From contig JAUMVK010000011.1 in assembly GCA_030530205.1 (NCBI GenBank), positions 24,887 to 88,886 of the forward strand: a DNA stretch of 64,000 bases, written 5' to 3'. The position numbers and the translations under genes were made by a program. Below the pieces are notes generated by a model. It saw only the letters and a program-made list of their open reading frames with translations, ran no database searches and was not told the DNA's origin. Positions within the stretch are counted from its first letter, which is position 1; each line of letters opens with the position of its first letter. Source of the DNA: Thermoguttaceae bacterium. Lineage in GTDB: Bacteria; Planctomycetota; Planctomycetia; Pirellulales; Thermoguttaceae. Shown piece after piece: positions 46,701-54,968 of this stretch.

Positions 46701-47533
46701 AACAGACGGCCAGGCAACTCGATAAAAAGAAGGACGAACTGGCTGGGATCAGACGTCGGCATGCTGAGGAACTCGCGGCTTTTAACGGGCAAGCCCCTTC
46801 GGAAAAGTCTCTGGAAACTCTTCAGGAAGAACAGAACGCCGTGAAACAGTTGCGGGAATCGCTTCTTTCTGAAATCGGTGGTCTTGAAAATGAAATCCAA
46901 AACCAGGAGAAGCGCCAGAAAGACCTCGGTAAATTACGTCAGCAAATCGCTGAGGCCGAGCAGGAAGTTCGAAAGTGGGAAAAACTCACCAATATACTTG
47001 GAAATACCCAAAATTCAAGATCAAACGCCTTTGTAAACTTCGTTCAGGGGTTTACGTTCAAGAACCTTCTTTTCTACGCGAATCAGCATCTCAAAATGCT
47101 GAATCCCCGCTATGCTTTGCAAACGAAAACGGAAGACCCCACGAGTCTCCAAATCCTCGACGAGAGTCACGATAATGCTCCCCGTTCTCCCGAAAGTCTT
47201 TCCGGGGGTGAGGTTTTTACCATCAGCCTTGCATTGGCCCTCGGTCTGACTCGCATCGCAAGCCGTGGGAAGAATGTCGAAATCAACTCGTTTTTCATTG
47301 ATGAAGGTTTTGGCTCGCTTGCTCAGGATTCCCTCCTGAACGCTTTGCAGGTTCTGGAAAAATATCAGATGGAGTCTCGAAAAACGGGCAAAAAACTGAT
47401 TGGAATTATTTCCCATGTCGAAACCATCCGCAATGAGCTTGAAACGCTGATTCAGCTTACGCCTTATGCGCCTCATCAATTCAGTCGAATTTCAGGTCCG
47501 GGAGTGGAGGGATCAACTGGAAATAATTCTTGA
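43751..47533 (+). CDS. sbcC: Exonuclease SbcC (Rad50/SMC-like ATPase)
   Basis: N-terminal ITGTNGAGKSTILDA Walker A. Very long coiled coil with a CPLCGALHHP zinc hook. C-terminal LSGGEVFTISLALAL signature and FFIDEGFGSL Walker B. Confidence 0.9.
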   Translation: MFIEKIHLENLASLKGVWNIDFTNPQYDSGIFAITGTNGAGKSTILDAVCLALYGRTPRQESFSRETDEIMTKSSASCCAEVTFRTAKGRFTAKWGHKRTRSGSKTPFSPPTHEFSEEGGEIFLKPSEAKEKIEESVGLKFDQFVQSAMLAQFQFERFLNSQTKERTEMLETLTGTRYFKEIVDFAQKLRKEKGNAVEILKSKEGGMGMDLLSEEELRQKKSDLEQKKQSSKELECQIAALQKELNQSEAWNQLQKKLHKDEQDQESLNLCFEKFIPQRQKMEKGLKAKKIQSKEKERSSILEKTEQNQKNLEELQTQKNDLDAKLSHLEEEIRKKDAALQEAKNELETVMPVLTQVRNLDAFLAEIDQECKRLRQKWEEQRNLCTSEESKLAEISQKTAQSQPIWVQLLNQLPEKVRDSQNVSTGTHPILEDYSSLKSSGRDIIGKLADCTRLEGELKKLQNQKAQLEADLKQKSTVFQDACTATGKKREDLQKIELVFKELQEKKEKNETQNKTDWNCRQLLKEIDSIKQNSEERRKKMLECREAGLQNRQKDEELKQEFTEISGELEKICSRMEELRAILEGVHRIRNYEEARKMLHDGTPCPLCGALHHPYAEHNPKDGTFEESELEKLGNQRKKLEAKQTEIEKKRSEHSKKMLRDELELKNLENTEKEDQKKFAENLSHLEKLRSDIPENLAQKDSDVFLETIRTALDLRDAESEALTRQYNAAAEQKKKLENEWKSLENEQHKTEAELNDCKLNHSRCDSTIQAKKEDLDRLDTELAKLEPPLWESVLPYISEFLPGPAWDQESMYTERLAWWKKTDECLENMYRTWTGIHTEYQKRLELQRDEILAKDHLAAAQKSERETREDLDGKRANYESKEKERKSKLQDRDPEKVEDELQKNKKNAQEMLAKAQKEKQDLDKKQAGLNATIGQTQKNLASDLAQKNRIETEFQAILQAEGFADEEDYYRSQLSDSELEELEQTARQLDKKKDELAGIRRRHAEELAAFNGQAPSEKSLETLQEEQNAVKQLRESLLSEIGGLENEIQNQEKRQKDLGKLRQQIAEAEQEVRKWEKLTNILGNTQNSRSNAFVNFVQGFTFKNLLFYANQHLKMLNPRYALQTKTEDPTSLQILDESHDNAPRSPESLSGGEVFTISLALALGLTRIASRGKNVEINSFFIDEGFGSLAQDSLLNALQVLEKYQMESRKTGKKLIGIISHVETIRNELETLIQLTPYAPHQFSRISGPGVEGSTGNNS

Positions 47534-47623
47534 CCATTGAGCATATACTTGACCACTGGCACAAAGACAAAAAAACTGTAATTCTTTGAGAAATTTGGTC
47601 CAAAAGATTTCCCACAAGCCTAC

Positions 47624-47652
47624 TTGACAACGCATTTTGTCTGTATTATAAT
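47624..47652 (+). promoter_or_regulatory. Consensus sigma70-type promoter of the GTPase operon
   Basis: TTGACA (47624..47629), a 17-bp spacer, then TATAAT (47647..47652). Located in an AT-rich 290-bp gap after sbcC. Confidence 0.55.
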
Positions 47653-47826
47653 ATAAAGTAAAATCATTTTTTTGTGAAAATTTTTTCATAAAACCAGAAT
47701 TTTTATGGAAAATTTTAACACTTATTCGTTATAATATATAGAATCCTTCTTGAAATTTTGCGAAACAAAAGTTATCGATTTCACGTTTATATTCCCAATG
47801 ATCCATTGTTTGAAAGGAATGATTTC

Positions 47827-50037
47827 ATGGCTTCATTTTTCAAAAAACTGATTACCAAGAAAAGCTTCGCGTGGCTTTTTCCTCTCGTACTTTTGGTTTT
47901 CGCGTTCCTGCTGTGGCAGGTCGGAATGAAAGCGCTTACTTCCAAAGAAGTCTCCGGGATGGAGTCTCAAGTTCGGGATATTCTCAAAGATTGCCCACCC
48001 GAAATCACCACGAAGATTTTGGAACGTTTTCCAAACCATGATTTGGCCCTGGCCGCGACACTTCAGGAGCGCAAGCAACTTGGGACCGATGGCTTGGCCC
48101 GGCTTGCCGATTCCACTCAGGCGGCTCTGGATCATGAAATGTCCGTTCTGGCTGCAAATCCCGAGATGTTGGCCGCCAACATGGAGGATCAGCGAGATGC
48201 GTTTTTAACCGTTCACTGCCTTACGATGGACCTGAACTCCCAAACCGCAGAGAAGTCCGGGAATTCTGACCTTATTGCGGCTTCGCAAGCGATGAACGCC
48301 GAGTATCTCTCGGTTCTTCAGGATGCCTCGAAAAAACCGGATCTGTGGGTTAAAGTGCGTGAAAATCCGATGTTCGCGTTCCTGCTTATCCAGCAGAAAC
48401 GTGATCTCCGTGAGCACCCGGAACGGAACGATTGGGCTGACCTGCTGAAGTTTTATGATGAAGAGGCTGAATGGCTGGATGACGTTTTGGTTAGCCTTAC
48501 GCTTGCCTCGCAAGGGATCCTTAATGAGAACATGGACGACAGTGAAAACCTCAGTCTGGAAGTTTATGACATTCTGAAAACGATCAAGAAAAACCAGCCC
48601 TACTTCAAAGAAGTCGCGAACGCTTATCTTTCGGACCCGGAATGCGACGTGGAAGAAGGAGCCGCGATTGTGTATGTCATCTTCCAGAATTTCGGCGGTG
48701 CGATTCGTGAATGTGTTCGGTCACAAACGTGCGATACGCTGGAAACGTTTGAAGTCATTTTTGCCAATCAACAATGGTTTATGGAGAATGCATTAAACTC
48801 TTTGGACACCGCCAACAAAGCATTGGCCGAAAAGCTCAAAAGCTGGAAGCGCAACATGCCGAACGCGTGGAAGGTGTGCTCCGTCGTGCCTTTCACGGTG
48901 AATCTGATGAGCGACTTGCCGGATTTGGCGGATTCTCTTTCGGAGAAGTATGCCGCGGACGATTTGCCCACACTTCTTTATACCTTCTACCCGGATGAAG
49001 TGGCGCAGGCCGCTGCGTGTATCGATAAATTTGGCGATTTGGCTCTTTACGAACTGAATTTCTATAAAAATTCGGAACTATTTCACAAGCATCTCGCCAA
49101 TAACTCTATCGGTCCGAGAATTATTCCTTATGTGGCTCGTTTCGAGGACAAAGGATTGGATGATTTATCCAAAAACCTTGAATGGCTGAATAAGTATTTT
49201 GACAAAGACGGAAATCCCATTAAGGATGAATGGTGGGTGAGCTTTCCTGGCGGTGGCGCGATTAAAGTCGTAAAAAACAAGCTGGAAGGAAAGCCAAGCA
49301 CTTGGGGCGAACTTGGGTGGGCAGCTCTTGACGTCGCGGATGCTGGTCTGCTCGTTTTGTCATTTGGAACCAGCGGAGTGGTAACGGAATCCGGAAAAAC
49401 CGCTGTGAAATCCGGGGCAAAAGCCATCGTTGAAGCAGGCACGAAGGCGACCATCAAAACCGGGGCGAAACGAGAACTTCGCAAAACTTTTTTGAAACAG
49501 GCATTTAAAAAGAATTTGGCCAAAATCAGCAAATCAACTGTGGGGAAACTTGCCGTTCGCAGCTGGCGTTTCGTATGTGGTGTTGGAGGGCGAATCACCA
49601 TGATTGCGGTCAGGGTTGCCAAGATAACCAAACAGATTTTTACAATTTCATTCAACGCGATCCGGAATACTTATCGAATTGCTCGTGGTGCGTGGCTCAG
49701 TGTTCCGGCAAATGTCCGCAAGGGGGTATACCGCTCGCTTCTGGCGGTTTCGGTAGGCTATACTATCCTTTTCAAGACGATGCCGGCATTGCCCGACCTG
49801 ATGGAAAAAACTGGCGAGTTTATCGGTAAGATTCCGGCCCAGATCGCTCAAACCGTCGCTGATTCTACGGGTGCGGTTCTCGCGGGAGTCATCAATGGAC
49901 TGCTCGGAATCGATTCTCCCAGCCCCAGGAAGTTTTTAACAGTTTTTCTTTCCTTCCTTGGCGCGATCGTACTCCTGGTTTTTTCCGGATTTTTTACCTA
50001 CAAAAATTATTACTCACAAGCTGGTATAAGGGCTTAA
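47827..50037 (+). CDS. Large membrane protein, no recognised domain (operon gene 1)
   Basis: ATG at 47827. N-terminal TM helix (FAWLFPLVLLVFAFLLW), about 480 aa helical soluble region, a Lys/Ala-rich amphipathic segment, and C-terminal TM helices (LLAVSVGYTILF, FLTVFLSFLGAIVLLVFSGFF). Confidence 0.6.
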   Translation: MASFFKKLITKKSFAWLFPLVLLVFAFLLWQVGMKALTSKEVSGMESQVRDILKDCPPEITTKILERFPNHDLALAATLQERKQLGTDGLARLADSTQAALDHEMSVLAANPEMLAANMEDQRDAFLTVHCLTMDLNSQTAEKSGNSDLIAASQAMNAEYLSVLQDASKKPDLWVKVRENPMFAFLLIQQKRDLREHPERNDWADLLKFYDEEAEWLDDVLVSLTLASQGILNENMDDSENLSLEVYDILKTIKKNQPYFKEVANAYLSDPECDVEEGAAIVYVIFQNFGGAIRECVRSQTCDTLETFEVIFANQQWFMENALNSLDTANKALAEKLKSWKRNMPNAWKVCSVVPFTVNLMSDLPDLADSLSEKYAADDLPTLLYTFYPDEVAQAAACIDKFGDLALYELNFYKNSELFHKHLANNSIGPRIIPYVARFEDKGLDDLSKNLEWLNKYFDKDGNPIKDEWWVSFPGGGAIKVVKNKLEGKPSTWGELGWAALDVADAGLLVLSFGTSGVVTESGKTAVKSGAKAIVEAGTKATIKTGAKRELRKTFLKQAFKKNLAKISKSTVGKLAVRSWRFVCGVGGRITMIAVRVAKITKQIFTISFNAIRNTYRIARGAWLSVPANVRKGVYRSLLAVSVGYTILFKTMPALPDLMEKTGEFIGKIPAQIAQTVADSTGAVLAGVINGLLGIDSPSPRKFLTVFLSFLGAIVLLVFSGFFTYKNYYSQAGIRA

Positions 50038-50040
50038 ACA

Positions 50041-51990
50041 ATGACTGACACAAAGAAAACCACGAAAAAAACGTTGAAAATCACCCTCATCGGTTCTGAA
50101 GGAACCGGTAAATCGGCTTTTTTGGCCGGATTGGCGGTTTTGGGACTGGATTCGCTGAATCCCCAATACCGTATTGCTCCTCACAACAATGCGACTTCCG
50201 TGTACCTGAATACTCTGCGCGAGTCCTTCATCATCCACAACGCCTGGCCTACACCGACACTGGTCACCCAGCTTTTGGATTTTGACCTGACGATCAACCG
50301 AACCAAGCTCAACCTGGTGACGATCGACTACGGCGGCGAGCTTTTCCGTGAGGCGTTCAATCAGATGAAACCGGAGGATATGCAGGCGTTTTCAGACCAT
50401 CTTCGTCAATCGGAAGTCCTGCTCTTTCTGGTTGACGCCGAGGAAGTGGTCGAGGCCCAGAACAGTGGAAAACAATTCGCTCTGAGTGAAAAACTCCGCG
50501 CGAACCTGACGGCCGTTCAGGAGTCTTGCAAGGAATTCGCAAAGACAAATCAGGACAAATTCAACGAAATGGAACTCTGCATCGTCCTCACGAAAGCCGA
50601 CCGGATCCCTGAACTGGCAGGGGCCGTGGAGGACTCTGCCATCGCCCGTGCTTTTGGTGATAAGTATTTCGGCAAGGTGCTCGAAACCAAAGTGGATGGT
50701 ATTAAAACGGAAAATATTCGTTACTTTGCGGTCAGCTCCATTGGCAAAAACGCGCTTGACCCGACGAGCCAATCCCTGATTCCGGGAAAGATCCAGCCGG
50801 AGGGCTACAACAATTTGTTTACGTGGATCTCCAAACGCGGGACCCGCCGTTTCAATCGGTGGCTTGTTGCCACAATGATTTTTGGTTTGATTGTTGGAGT
50901 AGGTATCGGAGTGACGTGTTTGGGCGGGAAAGTTACTGTCGATCAGCTGCATGAACAGCATGTCAGAGAAGCTTTGCAAATCCTCCAAAATCCCAATGTG
51001 CCTGTCATTGACAGACTAACAAATAGTGAAATGCTAAAAATTAATGACAAGAGAGTAACGGATGAACGTCAGAAACTGTTTGAATCTCATAAAACAAATC
51101 TTCTGGCTGAACTTGAAAAATCCCATGAAAGTAAAACCATTATTGAATTGCGCGATAAAATCAAGTCAGAAAAAGAAAGGATTGGCGGGATACTTTGGGA
51201 AACGGACCTTCAAAACATCCTGGATAAGTGTAATTCGCAAGTTGAGGAAATTGATTATAAAGAGGTTACTGTTCTTTATGAAAATGACAAAGAAGACTTT
51301 GGAGAGAAAGCGACAGCCTTCCTTGTAAATCATCCAAAGTCAGAACACAAATCGGAGATAGAGGAATATATTCACCAAAAGAAGATTTCTAAAATTAATG
51401 GCGCTAAGCACGCAATAGCGGCCATTCCCGTAACGCCTGGCACCATACAGGGAAAAATCGACAAGATTAATTGGTATCTCACCGAGTTTGAAAAAGACGT
51501 CAAAGATGCTGAAAAGGAAAAAATTGAAAAAGCTGTAAATATGGCCAATACTTTTAAAACCAAACATCAGTATACGGTCAAAATTATTAGTCATGGTCAG
51601 TTTAGTTCCACAAGGGCACAAAAAATTCAGATTAAAATTAATAATCAGGACGTTTTAAAAACTGATTATAAAAAAGCCGAGACAGTGAACCTCAATCGTG
51701 ATTTTACCTTCAGCTGGAAGTATGGAGAACCTATCGAATTTATTCTTCTTGGGTACGAAGGTTTTGGCCATTGGAAATATAAAGAATACGCAAGTGTTCG
51801 TTTAGATGGTTTTGACGCACTCAAGGCTTTTTCTCAGTCAAAAATCGAACTGAATGCCCTTCGGGGAGAAAAATATCACGGTCCTGATGGCTTTTATATC
51901 AAGTTTGAGCAGAGTCGTTACACTCCCGAAGAATGGAGTAATTTTGAGTATTACATCGCTCCTGGAGGCTTTTGGGAGGAAACCAAATGA
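50041..51990 (+). CDS. TM-anchored Ras-like (TRAFAC) GTPase with coiled-coil and beta-rich C-terminal domain (operon gene 2)
   Basis: G1 GSEGTGKS, G3 DYGGE, G4 TKAD, G5-like SSIG. TM helix WLVATMIFGLIVGVGIGVTCLGG at about aa 275. Starts 4 nt after gene 1. Confidence 0.7.
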   Translation: MTDTKKTTKKTLKITLIGSEGTGKSAFLAGLAVLGLDSLNPQYRIAPHNNATSVYLNTLRESFIIHNAWPTPTLVTQLLDFDLTINRTKLNLVTIDYGGELFREAFNQMKPEDMQAFSDHLRQSEVLLFLVDAEEVVEAQNSGKQFALSEKLRANLTAVQESCKEFAKTNQDKFNEMELCIVLTKADRIPELAGAVEDSAIARAFGDKYFGKVLETKVDGIKTENIRYFAVSSIGKNALDPTSQSLIPGKIQPEGYNNLFTWISKRGTRRFNRWLVATMIFGLIVGVGIGVTCLGGKVTVDQLHEQHVREALQILQNPNVPVIDRLTNSEMLKINDKRVTDERQKLFESHKTNLLAELEKSHESKTIIELRDKIKSEKERIGGILWETDLQNILDKCNSQVEEIDYKEVTVLYENDKEDFGEKATAFLVNHPKSEHKSEIEEYIHQKKISKINGAKHAIAAIPVTPGTIQGKIDKINWYLTEFEKDVKDAEKEKIEKAVNMANTFKTKHQYTVKIISHGQFSSTRAQKIQIKINNQDVLKTDYKKAETVNLNRDFTFSWKYGEPIEFILLGYEGFGHWKYKEYASVRLDGFDALKAFSQSKIELNALRGEKYHGPDGFYIKFEQSRYTPEEWSNFEYYIAPGGFWEETK

Positions 51991-53201
51991 ATCCAATAAC
52001 CGCCCCTTACATTCGTTATGGTCGGTTTACATCGGAAAATATGGGAGGGAATGACCAGTACGGCGTGCTGGATTCTTCTCCCGATTTTCCAGCAGAGGCC
52101 CGGAGTCTGCTGGAACGCCGCATCGTGCAGAGTTTCCAGTGGACGAACGGCTCGATCGACGTTTATCCCGACTCCTTTCTGTTTTGGAGGCTGGACGAGG
52201 AACGGTTTCTGTTCGCGCGCCTCTCAGACGGCGGGAAGGACTCACGCAACCGGCCCCATTCCGTTCGTATTCTCGCGGTTCTTTTGGCAAATTCCCAGTT
52301 TGAGAATCTGCCCGAAGAACTTGCGGCTCTGGCGAATTCCTCTGTCTGGTCAGAGCCTGCGGATGGCCTCCTGACTCTCCAGAATACGGGTTCCAATTCG
52401 TTAACACTGGCCGGGAAACTGGAAGCTGCACTGGCTTCCGGAAAGCGGACGATCCTGATTTTACGTCATCCGTTTGTCCAGAAAGCGGAAGGAGTCTTCG
52501 AGATCAACGATTTCGCCGAATCGGACTTCCCGAAGCCGATCTCAGCCTATACGCCTCAATATCCTGTACCGACTGTCTGTCAATCACCGACTTCTTCCTT
52601 TAAAGAGGACAATCCCATGAATAAACCCCTGATTTATATCCTTCTGTTTCTGTTGATACTTAGTGTGGGAAACAATATTTTCCTTTCGAGGCGGATTTCA
52701 TCGATTTCAAAACAGGTCACGGAAAACGTTTCACAGATTGCTGAAGCAAAGAAGACCCTGGCCGAAAATTTCCAAACCCAAATTAATGAGATCAACGAAG
52801 GTTTAGAGACTCAAACCCAGAATTTAGACGCTTTAGATAAAACAGTCAAGGAACTTTCCAGGAAACAATTAACCAATGAGGATTTCGAAAGTAAATTTCA
52901 AGGTATCCAGGAAAAGATAGGAAAAATGGAGGAGGAAATAAAAAAAATAAAGGAGAATATTAAATCTGCTCCTTCAAAACCAGAAGGAGATTATGAAACA
53001 AATGATGAAAAAAGTGAAGCAGTACCTTCCCAAACAGAAGACCTGACCAATTCTCCTCATCCTAATCCGGCAGGAGGTAAAGTAACAACTCAAGAAAACC
53101 GCACAGTAACCCCTTTCCCAAAAGAAGTGAATAAATCAGAAATTCCGGATGATTTAAAAAAAGCGGTCGGGAGTTCGAGATTCAACGCCACTTTCAATTG
53201 A
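51987..53201 (+). CDS. GAP1-N-like domain + TM helix + coiled-coil/low-complexity tail (operon gene 3)
   Basis: ATGA overlap with the gene 2 stop. The N-terminal pattern YIRYGRF..., QYGVLDSSPDF, DSFLFWRL and FARLSDGGKDSRNRPHSVRILAVLL resembles the GTPase-associated protein 1 N-domain (recalled from memory). TM helix LIYILLFLLILSVGNNIFL. Confidence 0.45.
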   Translation: MNPITAPYIRYGRFTSENMGGNDQYGVLDSSPDFPAEARSLLERRIVQSFQWTNGSIDVYPDSFLFWRLDEERFLFARLSDGGKDSRNRPHSVRILAVLLANSQFENLPEELAALANSSVWSEPADGLLTLQNTGSNSLTLAGKLEAALASGKRTILILRHPFVQKAEGVFEINDFAESDFPKPISAYTPQYPVPTVCQSPTSSFKEDNPMNKPLIYILLFLLILSVGNNIFLSRRISSISKQVTENVSQIAEAKKTLAENFQTQINEINEGLETQTQNLDALDKTVKELSRKQLTNEDFESKFQGIQEKIGKMEEEIKKIKENIKSAPSKPEGDYETNDEKSEAVPSQTEDLTNSPHPNPAGGKVTTQENRTVTPFPKEVNKSEIPDDLKKAVGSSRFNATFN

Positions 53202-53489
53202 CGATATCAATGATTTTTATTCGCTGGTGTCCCGTCAAAATTCAGGAAAAACAGCGAATCCCTCGTGCAGGGCTTGCCTCCGATAAATTGAAATCGTTAC
53301 AAGCTCAATTATAGCGTAAGTGCCGTAATTTACGAGGGATACGCGATGGGTAAAAAAATTTGATGGGACACTAGTGGTTTTTTTGCTGTCTCGCAAGTTT
53401 ATTTCTGCTCTCCGAAAAAATTTCCTCACCCACTTGACTTTTTCCTCTCCGTCGATTAAAATGAAGAAAAATTTCCATGGAGGTGAATT

Positions 53490-54272
53490 ATGAAAAAACT
53501 GTTTGCTGTCCTTGTCCTTTTGTTTTTGGGTGTCTTTTGGGTATCATGCAGTTGGGCCGACGAACTTCCTTCTAATCCAGATGTTGGGGACAGAATCGTT
53601 CTGACTGCGGACGGGGTCGAATATGCCTTCCGCTGGTGTCCTCCGGGCGAGTTTATGATGGGCGGTACAGGTTCTGACGAGAAGCCGGTCCACAAAGTGA
53701 AACTGACGCGAGGCTTCTGGCTTTTGGAGACGGAGGTTACGCAGGAAATGTGGCAGAGCGTGATGGGGAGTAATCCGAGCAAATTCAGTGGAGCGAAGAA
53801 GCCGGTCGAGCAAGTGAGTTGGGACGATTGCCAGTCGTTTTGCCAGAAATTGAGCCGGAAACTGGACCAGCAGGTCAAGCTCCCGACAGAGGCGCAGTGG
53901 GAATACGCTTGCCGCGCTGGTACAACGGGCGATTATGCGGGTGATCTTGATTCGATGGGTTGGTACGTTGACAATTCGGGTTCAACGACCCACGCAGCAG
54001 GTCAGAAGAAACCGAACGCATGGGGCCTTTACGATATGCATGGCAACGTATGGGAATGGTGTTCGGATTTCTATGACGCGAAATTCTACGACAGGTCGCC
54101 AGCGAGTGACCCGGAAAACACAGAGCCTTCCTCGTACCGCGTGTTTCGTGGTGGGGACTGGTTTTTCAGCGCCGGGTTCAGCCGGTCGGCGTTCCGTTTC
54201 AGAGACGCGCCTGACTACCGGGTCTATTTCCTCGGTTTGCGTGTTCTTTTAGTTCCCAGTCCAGAAGAGTAG
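53490..54272 (+). CDS. Exported FGE (SUMF1) domain protein (no SHD1 module)
   Basis: Signal peptide. RWCPPGEFMMGG, NAWGLYDMHGNVWEWC and RGGDW blocks. The promoter block is duplicated from 34620. Confidence 0.85.
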   Translation: MKKLFAVLVLLFLGVFWVSCSWADELPSNPDVGDRIVLTADGVEYAFRWCPPGEFMMGGTGSDEKPVHKVKLTRGFWLLETEVTQEMWQSVMGSNPSKFSGAKKPVEQVSWDDCQSFCQKLSRKLDQQVKLPTEAQWEYACRAGTTGDYAGDLDSMGWYVDNSGSTTHAAGQKKPNAWGLYDMHGNVWEWCSDFYDAKFYDRSPASDPENTEPSSYRVFRGGDWFFSAGFSRSAFRFRDAPDYRVYFLGLRVLLVPSPEE

Positions 54273-54328
54273 GCGCGAGAAGGCGAATGCGAGGCGTGAG
54301 CGCGTGCCATAGGAGGCAAAGCCGCTTG

Positions 54329-54396
54329 GCATGATGGTCACGAACAGCGTGATCTGGATCGGATAGAGGTAGGGGTTTTTCATCGTCAGCGCGTGG
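54329..54396 (-). pseudogene. Remnant of the 35764..36291 gene family
   Basis: About 68 bp nearly identical to 36127..36193 (GCATGATGGTCACGAACAGCGTGATC.GGATCGG.TAGAGGTAGGGGTTTTTCATCGTCA). Confidence 0.6.
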
Positions 54397-54518
54397 AAAG
54401 TCAGTGGCCGGTTGCTTCGTTTCGTGGCTCATATACTGCGCCACTGGCCGTCCATCTTGCGCATTACCCGAGTCTCATGGGCGATCATCATCTCGCCAGC
54501 CGTTATGTGGATCGATTT

Positions 54519-54968
54519 TCACCACTTGACCGGTTCGTTAAGGATCGTGCCGTCGGAAGGATTGACGCTTCCCGGCTCGGTGGCATTATACTGGACGCAC
54601 AACATCGTAAGCGGCGTGGAGCCCGTGTTCCGGACGGTACGCTTGCCCGCCGGAGCGACACGCACGACCGAGCCTTCTTTCACGGGGATATTCGTACCAT
54701 CCACCTGATATTCACCCTCGCCGGACAGGAAGAAATAAAGTTCCTCGTGGTTCTTGTGCGTGTGGTAGAATCCGCCTTCGGTCCCCGGCGCGAATACCTG
54801 GAACGAGAAATCCGCTCCACCGGCCTTGACCGCCGCGCCGCCAAACACCTTGCCGGGAATCTTCACTTCCGGGCCAAGTTCCAGCACATAGTCCTTGATT
54901 TCAGAAAGCGGGCCAAGGTCGATGGCCGTTGCGTTTGTGAGGTCCGCAGTTGCCTTGATTTCTTTCAT
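54519..54968 (-). CDS. Cupin-domain protein
   Basis: G.YHTHKNHEELYFFLSGEGEYQVDG...G..VRV is a cupin two-motif pattern. Confidence 0.75.
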   Translation of the reverse strand: MKEIKATADLTNATAIDLGPLSEIKDYVLELGPEVKIPGKVFGGAAVKAGGADFSFQVFAPGTEGGFYHTHKNHEELYFFLSGEGEYQVDGTNIPVKEGSVVRVAPAGKRTVRNTGSTPLTMLCVQYNATEPGSVNPSDGTILNEPVKW

